DNA of 64,000 nt. Source: Chitinophagales bacterium (GTDB lineage Bacteria; Bacteroidota; Bacteroidia; Chitinophagales; JADIYW01). Positions 18,888 to 29,331 of the stretch are shown here, one piece after another. The DNA lies in the NCBI GenBank assembly GCA_023957215.1, contig JAMLHH010000007.1, positions 20,768 through 84,767 of the forward strand, written 5' to 3'. The first letter of the stretch is position 1; each line of letters opens with the position of its first letter. A model generated the notes under the pieces. That model ran no database searches, was not told the origin of the DNA, and worked only from the letters and a program-made list of their open reading frames with translations. The position numbers and the translations under genes are program-made.

Positions 18888-20378
18888 TTAAAGGTGAATA
18901 TATTTATCCAACTTGATGAAAGATAGTAAATAATTGGCTAATCGATTGATGTCGGGGGATATTTTTGTATATTTTAAGAATAAAAAGAGTAAAATAGAGA
19001 CCAAGCTACTTTTTAAAATAATTGAAAAGATGGGATGTAGTACGGTAGGAAAGAAATAAAATCCTACGGCAACGAGAGTGAAAAATATCAGTATGAATAA
19101 AACAGATGAATTGTAAATTTTTTCTTTCAAAATAAGTCTCAAAGCAAGAGTTTTGATAATGGCCACTATCACTGTCGCCATCAGGGTAGAAATTGCAGCT
19201 CCGGAGATGCCGTAAATAGGAATAAACAAGTAATTTAAAGTAGCTGATATGATAGCTAATAGCATAATAAAGACAACGGTCAAGCCATAATATTTTGAAG
19301 AAATGATGATGTTGTCGTTGAGACCGGTCAGATTATCCACTATTTTAGATATGCCGATAAGTAAAACCACAAAAAAGCCTGCTTTATATATTTCGCCGTT
19401 TGGAATAATCGCATAAATTGAATGAAGATTGACAATGATAAGGGTCAGTATATAACCACCGATAATGGTCAAGGTAATGACTGATTTAAACTGTATCTGT
19501 GCTACTTTAGAGATATCTTTATCATTGAGTGCAGTACGGATAATGGGAAGTGCGGATCTGATGACAGTCCTTCGGGGGACTTCTATTACCGAAGCCATAA
19601 ACATAGCTATGGTGTAAATACCTACATCTTTTAAACCTGACATAGAACCCAGCATAATCAAATCTACTCTGATGGCAATAATAGAAGCCAATCCTGTCAG
19701 AATCGTCAAAGCTCCAAACTTGGTGATATCTTTTAATGTGGAAGGACTAAACTGTGGCTGTTTAAAATGTAGCTGATAAGTACCTTGTTTATACAAATAA
19801 AGTAAGATGGCTATTCCGCTGAGTCCATACATTACAAAGTGGAGATAAGTATAGGATTTGAAGTTGTAAAAATGAAAATAAAAACCTGTCAGACAGATGA
19901 ATATCAATATCCTATAAAGTATTTCCCTTGAAAAAACGGCTACGTGATATTTATTGTGAATGGTAGAATATGATTCAGTCAGACTTGCAAAATTCATGAT
20001 GAAACATACAATGTATATCCACCAGAAATAAGGAACGATTTCGGGTGATTTTATTTCGTAATATTTGATAAACAAAGGTTTACCCAATAGGAAAATAAGT
20101 GTAAAAAGTAAGGTGCCTATTACAAGTAATCTTAAACTGAAATTGAAAATTTCCTGTTTTTCTTTGACATGCGTAAAATATCTGTCTTGAATCTGGACTG
20201 CACCTAATGCAAAAAAAGGATTGATGATTAAAACGACGGACAAAATGAGATTGATGAGTCCTATCTCCTCCGCACTGAGTATAAAAGGCATGATCAACAT
20301 TACATTGACAAAGCCCAAGATGACCCCTAAATAGTTGGCAATTAATCCTAAACTGCTTTGTTTGATAATGACTCCCAT
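18888..20378 (-). CDS. Polysaccharide/oligosaccharide flippase (MOP superfamily, Wzx-like)
   Basis: 496 aa and highly hydrophobic, with about 12-14 TM segments. Typical polysaccharide-biosynthesis-protein architecture. Confidence 0.7.
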   Translation of the reverse strand: MGVIIKQSSLGLIANYLGVILGFVNVMLIMPFILSAEEIGLINLILSVVLIINPFFALGAVQIQDRYFTHVKEKQEIFNFSLRLLVIGTLLFTLIFLLGKPLFIKYYEIKSPEIVPYFWWIYIVCFIMNFASLTESYSTIHNKYHVAVFSREILYRILIFICLTGFYFHFYNFKSYTYLHFVMYGLSGIAILLYLYKQGTYQLHFKQPQFSPSTLKDITKFGALTILTGLASIIAIRVDLIMLGSMSGLKDVGIYTIAMFMASVIEVPRRTVIRSALPIIRTALNDKDISKVAQIQFKSVITLTIIGGYILTLIIVNLHSIYAIIPNGEIYKAGFFVVLLIGISKIVDNLTGLNDNIIISSKYYGLTVVFIMLLAIISATLNYLFIPIYGISGAAISTLMATVIVAIIKTLALRLILKEKIYNSSVLFILIFFTLVAVGFYFFPTVLHPIFSIILKSSLVSILLFLFLKYTKISPDINRLANYLLSFIKLDKYIHL

Positions 20379-20387
20379 GTAAGTATA

Positions 20388-21734
20388 TTAAAGTTTGGCT
20401 TTCCTAATCATTTTCTCAACCAAGGATTTAAACCTTAAATTTAGCAAAATTGATGAAGTTGTGAGACCAAAAACAAAACCTATCCAAATTCCGTAAGCTT
20501 TCATATCTAAAACAACTCCCAAATAATATCCCAGCGGTAAACCGATGACCCAATATGCAAAACCTACAAAAAGTGTGGGAAGTTGCACATCTTTGATACC
20601 TCTCAATAATCCTGAACCCATAGATTGTGTGGCATCCGACAATTGGAAGACAGAAGCAAAAAGCAAAAGCGTAGCCGCTAATTCTATGATTTCTTTTTGC
20701 TGGTTAAAAATATAGGGAATGTATTTGTGAAAGATGATATATAAAATGGCGAAACCTATACCAAAGGAAGCTCCCAAAAGAAAGGTACTTTTACCGATAG
20801 TTTGTAATTCTTTGAGTTGGTTTCTACCTAAAGCATTACTCACACGAATAGAGCCTGCCGTAGAAATTCCTACTATAATCATAAAGGTAAAAGTACAGAT
20901 ATTTATGGCGATTTGGTGTGAAGCCTGTTGTACGGGGCCAAACCATCCGATGATAATTCCCGAAATGGCAAATGCGGCAACTTCAATTCCAAACTGAAAA
21001 CTGGTGGGGATTCCCAATCTGAGAAACTGGGATATGACATCCATTTTAAACTTCCATGCTTCTTTTTTGATATCCAAATACTTTTTAAATCTTGGAGCGT
21101 GATAGATATAATACAAAAGTCCCAATGCCATTAAGATACGGGTCATAATCGTACCGATTCCTGCACCAAGTAGCTCTAACCTCGGCAATCCGAAATGTCC
21201 AAAGATGAGTACCCAATTCAAAGAAACATTTAAGGGTATGGATAAAAGTGAAAATGTCATTGCTACCTTGGTATATTCCAGAGCATCGCAAAACTGCTTC
21301 ATGGATAAAAAGAAAGTCATAGGTATCAATGACCAAGCCATCACCTTGAAATACGGAATGGCTATTGCTACGACTTTTTCATCTTGACCTAAATGATAGA
21401 GTATATCAGGATTTAGTTCTAAAGATATGGCAATGATGATACCTGTCACCAAACAAACAAAAACACCATTGTACAAGAAACGGGAGGCTGAAAATGTATT
21501 GTCCTGACCATTAGCGATTGCTACAAGTGGTGTCATAGCAGTGGTGAGACCGATAGCCGCAATCTGTGGAATAGCTATCACGTTTGTTACCAAGGCTGCT
21601 GCTGCCAATTGCATATAATCAATAGAACCGACCATCGCAGTATCTATCAGACCCAATGCTATTTGTGTGACATTGCTTAAAATCAGCGGAAATGCTATTT
21701 TGAGTGTTAACCCAAACTCTTTTTTCATCGACAC
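20388..21734 (-). CDS. MATE-family efflux transporter
   Basis: 448 aa with 12 TM segments. The N-terminal ...LKIAFPLILSNVTQIALGLIDTAMVG... is typical of MatE repeats. Confidence 0.88.
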   Translation of the reverse strand: MSMKKEFGLTLKIAFPLILSNVTQIALGLIDTAMVGSIDYMQLAAAALVTNVIAIPQIAAIGLTTAMTPLVAIANGQDNTFSASRFLYNGVFVCLVTGIIIAISLELNPDILYHLGQDEKVVAIAIPYFKVMAWSLIPMTFFLSMKQFCDALEYTKVAMTFSLLSIPLNVSLNWVLIFGHFGLPRLELLGAGIGTIMTRILMALGLLYYIYHAPRFKKYLDIKKEAWKFKMDVISQFLRLGIPTSFQFGIEVAAFAISGIIIGWFGPVQQASHQIAINICTFTFMIIVGISTAGSIRVSNALGRNQLKELQTIGKSTFLLGASFGIGFAILYIIFHKYIPYIFNQQKEIIELAATLLLFASVFQLSDATQSMGSGLLRGIKDVQLPTLFVGFAYWVIGLPLGYYLGVVLDMKAYGIWIGFVFGLTTSSILLNLRFKSLVEKMIRKAKL

Positions 21735-21965
21735 AAAATTAATTGACTTTTTCTATTCTGTATCTTATCACCTTTTAATTGCGGTGCTTTTAATGATTCG
21801 TTGAAATTGAATAGCGTAGATACCCCTAAGTCTTTCAAGATGTTTTTATTTTTCACATGTAAAAATTTGTTAATGTCTTACGATACATGATGACTTTTTG
21901 TGAGGTTCCCGATATAGAATAAAAAAGCAAAAATGAAAAACTAAAATAATTAAGTCCTATCTTAC

Positions 21966-22553
21966 ATGTTGAAGCTTTATGAAAAGATGGATGACAAAGG
22001 TTCTAAGAGAGTAGAAATCGTTATTGACATCGAGGATATTAAAAACAATAATGAGAAGGTTTTAAGAGAAATATATACCAAGTATTATTATTATTCCGAA
22101 CAATTTATTCTGACAAATAGTGGAACGAGTGAAGATGCAAAAGATATTTATCAGGAGGCATTTATTGTTTTTTGGCGCAATGTGCAACTTGGAAACTTCC
22201 AACAACAACATGCAAAATCAATAGGAGCTTATTTATTACAAGTAGTGAAAAATAAATGGATAGATATTTTAAGAAAAAACAAAAATCACCCAATGACTAC
22301 ACTTGTATATGATTTGCCCGACATTAGTGGAACCTATATGGATACAGAAGAAGAAAAATATATGGAGTTGGTCAAAAAACATTATATGGAGTTGGGAGAG
22401 CCCTGTAAGACTTTACTTGAAAAATTTTATTTTAAAAAAGAATCTATGCAAAAGATTGCCCAACATTTTTCTTGGACAGTAGGTTCTGCTAAGAATAATA
22501 AATATCGTTGTCTTCAAAAATTAAGAGAAAAAATAAAACAAAATATGAGATGA
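21966..22553 (+). CDS. ECF-type RNA polymerase sigma-70 family factor
   Basis: 195 aa. Region 2 is ...DAKDIYQEAFIVFWRNV... and the region 4 HTH is ...ESMQKIAQHFSWTVGSAKNNKYRCLQKLRE.... Confidence 0.8.
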   Translation: MLKLYEKMDDKGSKRVEIVIDIEDIKNNNEKVLREIYTKYYYYSEQFILTNSGTSEDAKDIYQEAFIVFWRNVQLGNFQQQHAKSIGAYLLQVVKNKWIDILRKNKNHPMTTLVYDLPDISGTYMDTEEEKYMELVKKHYMELGEPCKTLLEKFYFKKESMQKIAQHFSWTVGSAKNNKYRCLQKLREKIKQNMR

Positions 22554-23278
22554 ATTTTCAAAATATCACTGACGAAGAGTTGGAATTGATAGATAAGTTT
22601 TTAGATGAAAAACTAACAGAAGGCGAATCTGTCGATTTTCATAACAGATGGGAGAGTGAGCCTGATTTTAAGAAAAAAGTGAGAGAAGTCAGATTAGCCT
22701 CTATGGCTATTGCCGAAGCTATGTTGGAAGTTGAAATGCAGAAGTTTCAACCTCAGCCGACCTCTTTTGAAGAAAAAAGAAAGCTTTTTTCACATCGCTT
22801 CCGTTTGCTTACTATCATAGTGTCACTTGTTTTAGTGGTTGTTATCAGTAAAATAATCTCTTATACTAAAGTGCCTTACAATATCCGTTTGTACAAGCAA
22901 TATTTTCAGCCTGATCCGGGATTGATGACCACCATGGGAAATACAGACAAATACGATTTTGAAAAGGCAATGATTGAATACAAAGAGGGAAAATACCAAT
23001 CAGCCATTGATGCATGGTTGCTACTTGGGAATCTTGATCCTCAAAATGATACTATTGCCTATTTTATCGGTGCTGCTTATCAGGCTATAGAAAAGATGGA
23101 TGAAGCCCAAAAGTATTTATACAAAGTTTTAGAAAATCCCCAAAGTGTTTTTTATAAAGATGCTAATTGGTACTTGGGGTTAATTGCTATTCAAAAGAAT
23201 GATAAGGTCGCAGCTATCAGGTACTTAGAGACATCGGAAAATGATAAAGCACAGAAATTGATTGAGGGATTAAAATAA
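22550..23278 (+). CDS. Putative anti-sigma factor (single TM, C-terminal TPR-like domain)
   Basis: An in-frame ATG at 22550 overlaps the sigma stop (ATGA). There is a central TM (LLTIIVSLVLVVVISKII) and a C-terminal TPR-like region (...YKEGKYQSAIDAWLLL...AAYQAIEKMDEAQKYLYKVLE...). The track start at 22508 is probably too early. Confidence 0.5.
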   Translation: MNFQNITDEELELIDKFLDEKLTEGESVDFHNRWESEPDFKKKVREVRLASMAIAEAMLEVEMQKFQPQPTSFEEKRKLFSHRFRLLTIIVSLVLVVVISKIISYTKVPYNIRLYKQYFQPDPGLMTTMGNTDKYDFEKAMIEYKEGKYQSAIDAWLLLGNLDPQNDTIAYFIGAAYQAIEKMDEAQKYLYKVLENPQSVFYKDANWYLGLIAIQKNDKVAAIRYLETSENDKAQKLIEGLK

Positions 23279-23324
23279 AAAAGAATTTTTTTGATTTATG
23301 CCTGTTTCAATCACCTAAAAACCG

Positions 23325-24638
23325 CTATTTCTTTAATCTATACAGTCTTGTTGGTCTGTACTTATTGGCGATAGATATTTCTTTTTCGATATGCCCACTG
23401 CGGTCAATAGAATAATACCCATTAAACTTATCTTTCTGAATATTGGGAACGGCGATAAAAAGTTTGTCATTCACTATGCTGAAAACATTCATCCTCGGTG
23501 AAGAGTTGGAACTTGGGATATCTAATTTTATAGGCTGGTCGGGATGTGCAGGATCAAACATGTAATAATTCATGATCTCGTGGTCGGGAGATGCATCTGA
23601 TTCGGCAAATTGATATGGATTTTCAGAAGTGTGAAGATAGATTTTTCCGTTGTAGGAAATAATAGATTGGGCAATACGGTCTTTACCGAATAATTTTTCA
23701 ATATCTATCTTCCAATCTTGGTCAAACTCATTTTCACCACTTTTGACTCTACAAACAAAAGAGGGGTTGCCTTCGTTAAACTGATTCCATCCCCAAGAAC
23801 AGAAATACACATTTCCGTCTTCATCTACTGTTGTAGGCTTGTTTTCGGACACGAAAAATCCGATGGTCTTTCCACCTTTCAATGATGAGATTTTCTCTAA
23901 AGATTGTGTAGCGACATCTATCGTGGCGATGTAAATATGATCTACGGTGTCAGCCACTAAATTATAACCGGCTGCTTCCATAAAAAGTATATTGGCATAG
24001 AGTTTTCCGTTGCTGTATTCTAAAGCATTAGAACCTACGCGAATCAGATTATTAAAACTCTCATCTATCCATTTTGCATCGGGACGCATAGCGGCTATGG
24101 CAGGTTTTAAGTCGATAGAACCTGTTACTACCATCGCACTCGGATTGAATATTTGCAAACTTTGTGGTGCTTTGCCTTCATCATAAAAGTAGCCCAAATT
24201 GTCATTAACGATGCACAATTGTCTTGCAGGGAAAAGGTTGTTTTTGGCTATATGGATGTCATTTTCGATATAAATTTGATTATTGGTATTGAGAGTCAGC
24301 CGATATAAACCTGGTGTGGATGAATATCCTTTCTTGTCTTTGGCCATCGAAAACAGGTATTGATGCATGGACTCATGTCCGGAAGAAGTTGAAGGATTGG
24401 AATTGGTGAAAATATCGTTTTGGTCTATCAAATCATAAGACTTTTCAGGGTCTATATCTTTTAGGTTAAAAGAGAAAAAAGTCGTGATATCTACATCAGA
24501 AGCATCCTCTGTGGCCATCACATAATCAAAAGTGTTGAAATCATCTTTTGGAGTATTGACGATATCTTCCATGTTTTCCACCCGACAGGCAGTCAGAGAA
24601 AAAAGAGTGATGAATAAAATAATCTGCTTGATGTTCAT
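23325..24638 (-). CDS. Lipoprotein partner of the TonB-dependent receptor (possibly DUF4374-like beta-propeller)
   Basis: 437 aa with lipoprotein signal MNIKQIILFITLFSLTAC. It lies 9 nt downstream of the TBDR. The family guess is from memory only. Confidence 0.5.
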   Translation of the reverse strand: MNIKQIILFITLFSLTACRVENMEDIVNTPKDDFNTFDYVMATEDASDVDITTFFSFNLKDIDPEKSYDLIDQNDIFTNSNPSTSSGHESMHQYLFSMAKDKKGYSSTPGLYRLTLNTNNQIYIENDIHIAKNNLFPARQLCIVNDNLGYFYDEGKAPQSLQIFNPSAMVVTGSIDLKPAIAAMRPDAKWIDESFNNLIRVGSNALEYSNGKLYANILFMEAAGYNLVADTVDHIYIATIDVATQSLEKISSLKGGKTIGFFVSENKPTTVDEDGNVYFCSWGWNQFNEGNPSFVCRVKSGENEFDQDWKIDIEKLFGKDRIAQSIISYNGKIYLHTSENPYQFAESDASPDHEIMNYYMFDPAHPDQPIKLDIPSSNSSPRMNVFSIVNDKLFIAVPNIQKDKFNGYYSIDRSGHIEKEISIANKYRPTRLYRLKK

Positions 24639-24647
24639 AAACGAAAT

Positions 24648-27038
24648 TTATATTTCTAAAGTCAGCTTGGCAGAAAAGTTTCTACCGGCACTCTGCATTT
24701 TAAAATTATTAAACACGGCGGTGTCAAAAATATTATTGATTTCGGTAGAGAATGCTACTTTTTTATCTTTCGCCCAATCAAAAGACCAAATCAATCCGGC
24801 AGCGTGTACCTGCTGTATAGGTATCACCCGATTGGTATTTACTTTACTTTTTCCAAAAAGACCCAAAAATCCGTCCGGTTCAAATTGTTTCTCTATGAAA
24901 TCCAAATAAAACTGATGCACATAAGTATAAGTCCAATAGAGTTTCAACTTGCTTTTTTCATTTCCTACTTTGTCAAACTGATAGCTCAAATGCGCATTGC
25001 CAAAATAGAACGGGATATTACTTACTCTTGCTTTGATGAAGTGTTCGTTTTGTGAAGCATTGTCATTTGAACCGCTAAACCGGTAATTGTTGAATGTCAA
25101 ATTACCGGAAAGTTCCAAATTTTTAACCGGATAGACTGCCCCGTCTAATTCTACTCCATAGCCTTTGACGTTGTCCAAGTTGATGTACGCCGCTTGTAAT
25201 TGGGTAATCTCTTTGAGCTTAATCATGTCTTTGATATTTCTGTAATAGACATTGGCTTCCAAGGTGATTAAATCCTTCTTTTTGTAGCGTGTGCCGATAT
25301 TGAGATTGAGACTTCTTTCAGGTTTCAAAGAGATATTGGGAAGTATCAAGACATTGTCGCCAAAGATTTCCATTTGGTCGGGTAGGCGGTAAGAGTTTTC
25401 TATGGAAGTCCGAAACAGCCAGCCGGTATAATTTTCATATTTTACAGATTGTGAAAAGCTAAAACCATTGTTTGTTACCGGTTTTTGTACCCGTAGAGTT
25501 GTCGGGTCTATCAATTCACCTTTGGTTTGTGAGCCGAGATATTTTGCCTGAGTCAAAAGTTGTAACCTGTTGTCAAGAAACTGATAATCATATCCCAAAC
25601 CTGCAATGATTCTATTGTAGTTGATAGTCGTTTTGGTACGATACTGGTTCAAATCATCCGATTTACGTGAAAGGAAATTTTCTACTATATTCAAAATCAG
25701 TTTGTGGTCCTTATTGAAGTGATAAGAGACCAAACCTCTATAGGTAAAGTTATTAATACGCGTATCTATAATTGGTTTCTCTAGATTGGAAAAGTTATTA
25801 CCTGTTTCCGAACCACTTGTAGCTTTATGTCTATCTCCTTTCCAATCGTAAAATCCACTTCTCACAGTATCAGCAAACTCAAAATTAATTTTACTAAAAA
25901 CAGCAAACTGTGATACTCTTAATTTCTTATCTAAAAAGTCTTTTTTGTACTGAATTGAAGGCACAATAAAAGCTCTTTCTGTTCTATACACGCCACCATA
26001 AGCTTTGTCTCTCGATGCAAAATCGTTTTGTATGTCTTTTTTGATACCGAAAGCATTGAGTTTGATTTTAAATAAATCTGCCCATTTTTGATTTTCTAAA
26101 TTGAGATAAAAATCACCGCTAAACTGTCGGTACTTATTGTGAAAGAGTCTGGCTGTGATAAAATCTGTACGACCGGTTTCAGGGTTTGAAATAGGCAAAT
26201 TATCGACTTTGAAATTATTAGCAGAATAGTTGAAAAATGCATCAAATCCGTAAGACAATTTTTTGGAGATACGGACGAAAGAATTTACCCCTAACTTATG
26301 CGTATTGAAAGAACCTACCTCATAACTAAACTGATAGCCTGATTTTTTAGGTTGGTGAGTAACGATATTGACTGCTGCGCCTAATGCATCTATTCCTATT
26401 TCTGTGGGTAAAACACCTTTATAGATTTCTACATAATCTGCCATATTTACAGGCAGTTTGGTCACACCCATACTCGAACCGAGATAATCTATCGGAATGC
26501 CGTCTATCAGAAATTTAATAGATTTTCCACTAAAGCCACCGATGACCAAATCTGCTTCTGAGCCTAAACCGCCGGTATTTCTTACGCGGACACCTGAAGC
26601 GCGATTCATCAATTGCTCGACAGATGTGGAGGAGAGCGCCTGCTTACCCAAATCTACTATTTCAGTCTTGATGGAGATGTTTTCCCTGCGTTCGGCGGCT
26701 GTCTGACCAGCGACACTGATAGTGTCTGTAGCCAAAATTTCGATTTTGAAATCTATGCGCTTTTCATTTTTATTGAGCGATATATGTTGTATGGAGGACA
26801 TGAAATCATCATACATTGCCATCAACACATATTCAGCAGGTTTTAAATCTTCAAAATGGTAAGAACCGTTGTTTTGAGTATAGGCCGTATCACCTTTGCC
26901 CATTAAGATGACTTGTGCATCATCAGTTGCTATGCCGTTGACGTACACCTTTCCCGAAATAGAAAACTGTGCAAAGGTCCATGTGTATATCAGACATAGT
27001 CCGAATAGTAATGATATTTTTTTCATAAGAGTTGTCAA
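24648..27038 (-). CDS. TonB-dependent receptor with N-terminal CarboxypepD_reg domain
   Basis: 796 aa with a signal peptide. ...FSISGKVYVNG...NGSYHFEDLKPAEYVL... is the carboxypeptidase-regulatory fold. A plug domain follows (...VEIYKGVLPTEIGIDALGAAVNIV...), and the protein ends with a beta-barrel residue pattern ...AKLTLEI. Confidence 0.9.
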   Translation of the reverse strand: MTTLMKKISLLFGLCLIYTWTFAQFSISGKVYVNGIATDDAQVILMGKGDTAYTQNNGSYHFEDLKPAEYVLMAMYDDFMSSIQHISLNKNEKRIDFKIEILATDTISVAGQTAAERRENISIKTEIVDLGKQALSSTSVEQLMNRASGVRVRNTGGLGSEADLVIGGFSGKSIKFLIDGIPIDYLGSSMGVTKLPVNMADYVEIYKGVLPTEIGIDALGAAVNIVTHQPKKSGYQFSYEVGSFNTHKLGVNSFVRISKKLSYGFDAFFNYSANNFKVDNLPISNPETGRTDFITARLFHNKYRQFSGDFYLNLENQKWADLFKIKLNAFGIKKDIQNDFASRDKAYGGVYRTERAFIVPSIQYKKDFLDKKLRVSQFAVFSKINFEFADTVRSGFYDWKGDRHKATSGSETGNNFSNLEKPIIDTRINNFTYRGLVSYHFNKDHKLILNIVENFLSRKSDDLNQYRTKTTINYNRIIAGLGYDYQFLDNRLQLLTQAKYLGSQTKGELIDPTTLRVQKPVTNNGFSFSQSVKYENYTGWLFRTSIENSYRLPDQMEIFGDNVLILPNISLKPERSLNLNIGTRYKKKDLITLEANVYYRNIKDMIKLKEITQLQAAYINLDNVKGYGVELDGAVYPVKNLELSGNLTFNNYRFSGSNDNASQNEHFIKARVSNIPFYFGNAHLSYQFDKVGNEKSKLKLYWTYTYVHQFYLDFIEKQFEPDGFLGLFGKSKVNTNRVIPIQQVHAAGLIWSFDWAKDKKVAFSTEINNIFDTAVFNNFKMQSAGRNFSAKLTLEI

Positions 27039-27161
27039 CCCGTACTTCCTTTAAATAGGAAATCTATCCACCGCCACAAGATAATGAGATGATGGATAGA
27101 TGTTTTTATTGGAATGTTATATCAATAAGAATTTTTCGAATAGTTTCTCTGATATAAAAAT

Positions 27162-27830
27162 CTATTGTTCCGGCATATCGTTATATGCCACACCCATGAT
27201 AGTAATAGGAGAGGTAGTACCTATATCTGCTTTAGAACCTCTGACAAAAGTCATTTCAACTGGTAAATCTTGGTATGTATTTCCGGAACCCAATATCTTG
27301 GAAGGTACAATAGCTTTGAATTTTAAAATTGTTCCATCATAATCTACATCGGTCACATCTTTGATAATATAAGTAGGAGACGGAATATTGGGATTTACGG
27401 AACCGGTAGAGAAACTTTTACCATCTTCACTATAATTCCAAAACCACCATGCCGCTTGCCCAGATTCTTCAGGTGTATCAAACAAATCCGTATGGAAAAC
27501 CGGCTCGGTACGATTGCTGATGAATTTTAAAATTTTACCTAAGTAAACCGTTGAATCTACATTACCAACATTGAGATCAGTCGTTGTAAACTCTACCCCG
27601 TTCATCGGAACAAACATAAAAGGTGCATAGTTGTGAAGATTTTTAACAGTCAATTCCAAACTATCTTGCCATTTGGCTTCCTCAGTGGTGAAATTGATAT
27701 TTTTAATTATCCAAGTTCCCTCCAATTCCAATTTTTTTTGTTGGTTGTCGGATTTTGCATCATCTTTTTTACAGCTAAACATGGTTAGTGTAAGGGCGGT
27801 AATCGCCATCAATAAAAAGCTCTTTTTCAT
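27162..27830 (-). CDS. Lipoprotein, function unknown (first gene of the TBDR cluster)
   Basis: 222 aa with lipoprotein signal MKKSFLLMAITALTLTMFSC. It lies upstream of the TBDR on the same strand. Confidence 0.55.
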   Translation of the reverse strand: MKKSFLLMAITALTLTMFSCKKDDAKSDNQQKKLELEGTWIIKNINFTTEEAKWQDSLELTVKNLHNYAPFMFVPMNGVEFTTTDLNVGNVDSTVYLGKILKFISNRTEPVFHTDLFDTPEESGQAAWWFWNYSEDGKSFSTGSVNPNIPSPTYIIKDVTDVDYDGTILKFKAIVPSKILGSGNTYQDLPVEMTFVRGSKADIGTTSPITIMGVAYNDMPEQ

Positions 27831-28148
27831 AAAATTTATTATTAAAATTTAATTGAGACCAAATGTACAAGGGCGTATGTATAAAATAAAGTGTGCAATT
27901 CCCTTATGACAAATATGTTACATTTTTTTATTAAAGCCAAGATGCAAGAATCAAGAAAGCAAGACTTGTTTTAATGGAGAATGGAGAGTTAGTAGTTGAA
28001 AAAGAAGAATCATTCGCTCTTTGCGGTTAAAAAAATTTAAGGCTACAGAAAGCAAGAATGGCACAATAGTGGCGTTAGACTAATTATCAAATACAAATGA
28101 TGAAACGGATTGCTGTTTATTTTTTATTTACTTGTTTCGTATTGTATA

Positions 28149-29313
28149 CCAAAGTGAAATAATAAATAGCCCACGTCATGTTTTATAAGGTGTATTTTGG
28201 AATTACCTCTTTGGACTGTAAATTAATTCACTATGGCGAAAAGCGTTATTTATTGGTAAAGAGAGCTTGAAGCTGAACTTAAAAAAGTTGGTTAGAAATG
28301 CACGTCCATATTTGTCCCTCGGATAAATATGCTCATCGAAATGAAAAAAAAGAGGAGAAAAAGAGAATCTCAAACGTGAACTCATGAAAGAGTTTAGGTT
28401 TGAGCGGTCAGTCATTTAATTGGCGTAGATGTATAGAAGATGGTGGCATTGAAAGCTGCTCTCTCGCTGAAAGGCTTCCAAGCCATCTCAATGGTTGCTC
28501 ACAAAAGAAGACCATCAGAAGATTTCCGACCTGCTCCACAATCAGAGATAGTTTAGCGGTTTTTTCAGAACTCAAGGAATGGATTTTTTGAGAACTTGGA
28601 AAGGATATCAAATACAATACAATCTTGAAATACTGTATCAGACGCACCAGACCAAAGCCAAAGTATTGGCTGGGAAGTCTCATATCAACAAGGACGATCA
28701 GGCTGTTGAGGCTTTTAAAAAACTTTAGTCGTATCTGTTCGAAGTCATAACCCTATCAGACTTTGCTTTCGAGAGTATCAATCTCTATTTTCAAGACGGA
28801 ATTAGATTCGGTTTTGTTTACAAGAAACGGTAAAGCTCTGACGGCTATAGGTGTCAAGCCGATATGTAGATTTCAGCAAGTGTTAAAAATAGTTATCTTT
28901 TTGGAGCATTCTCACCATTGGATGGTGGCAAACTTTCTTTTCAGTCTGCCAAACGCAACGCTGATTGCTTTCAGTTGTTTTTAAAGCCAGTTTAAATGCA
29001 AGAGAAGAACCGAACGAACTAAAAGTCATGGTAGTAGACAATGGAGCATTTCACAAGGCAAAGAAATTAAAAAATACCCAAAATAACAATCTTAATATTC
29101 CTTCCTCCCATATAGTCCAGGACTCAATCCAGCCGAGAAGATGTGGCAGAAATTTAAAGAAAATTCACCAACAAACTTTTCAAAACAATCGAAGAAGGTT
29201 AAATTACATTGCAGTACAGATTAAAGCAAACACAAAGGAAGAAATAATGTCAATTTGTGGCTATCCTTATATTTTTTTATCTCAGTTTTGGACTACTATA
29301 TAAATCATTTTGG
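28149..29313 (+). mobile_element. Degraded IS630/Tc1-mariner-family insertion sequence (about 1165 bp)
   Basis: TA dinucleotides flank both ends (28147-28148 and 29314-29315). The ends ccaaagtgaaataataaatagccc and ggactactatataaatcattttgg are inverted and about two-thirds identical over roughly 25 nt. The interior encodes a broken IS630-type transposase. Boundaries are approximate. Confidence 0.5.
28233..29300 (+). pseudogene. IS630-family DDE transposase, multiply frameshifted
   Basis: Fragments are spread over all three + frames: MAKSVIYW*, ...GQSFNWRRCIEDGGIES... (HTH part), ...LFTRNGKALTAIGVKPICRFQQV...YLFGAFSPLDGGKL..., ...VVDNGAFHKAKKL..., then ILIFLPP in one frame and YSPGLNPAEKMWQKFK in another. 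The last pair is the canonical PYSPxLNPxE catalytic-Glu block. Confidence 0.75.
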
Positions 29314-29331
29314 TAGTACTTATCAAAAGAT

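Noticed and set aside
27039-27161. Possible riboswitch (for example cobalamin or TPP) in the leaders of the two TonB-dependent receptors (27039-27161 and 51242-51368).
   Set aside because: The leaders are only about 120 nt, AT-rich, and lack the conserved cores I know for these riboswitches, such as the B12 box or the TPP ctgaga motif.
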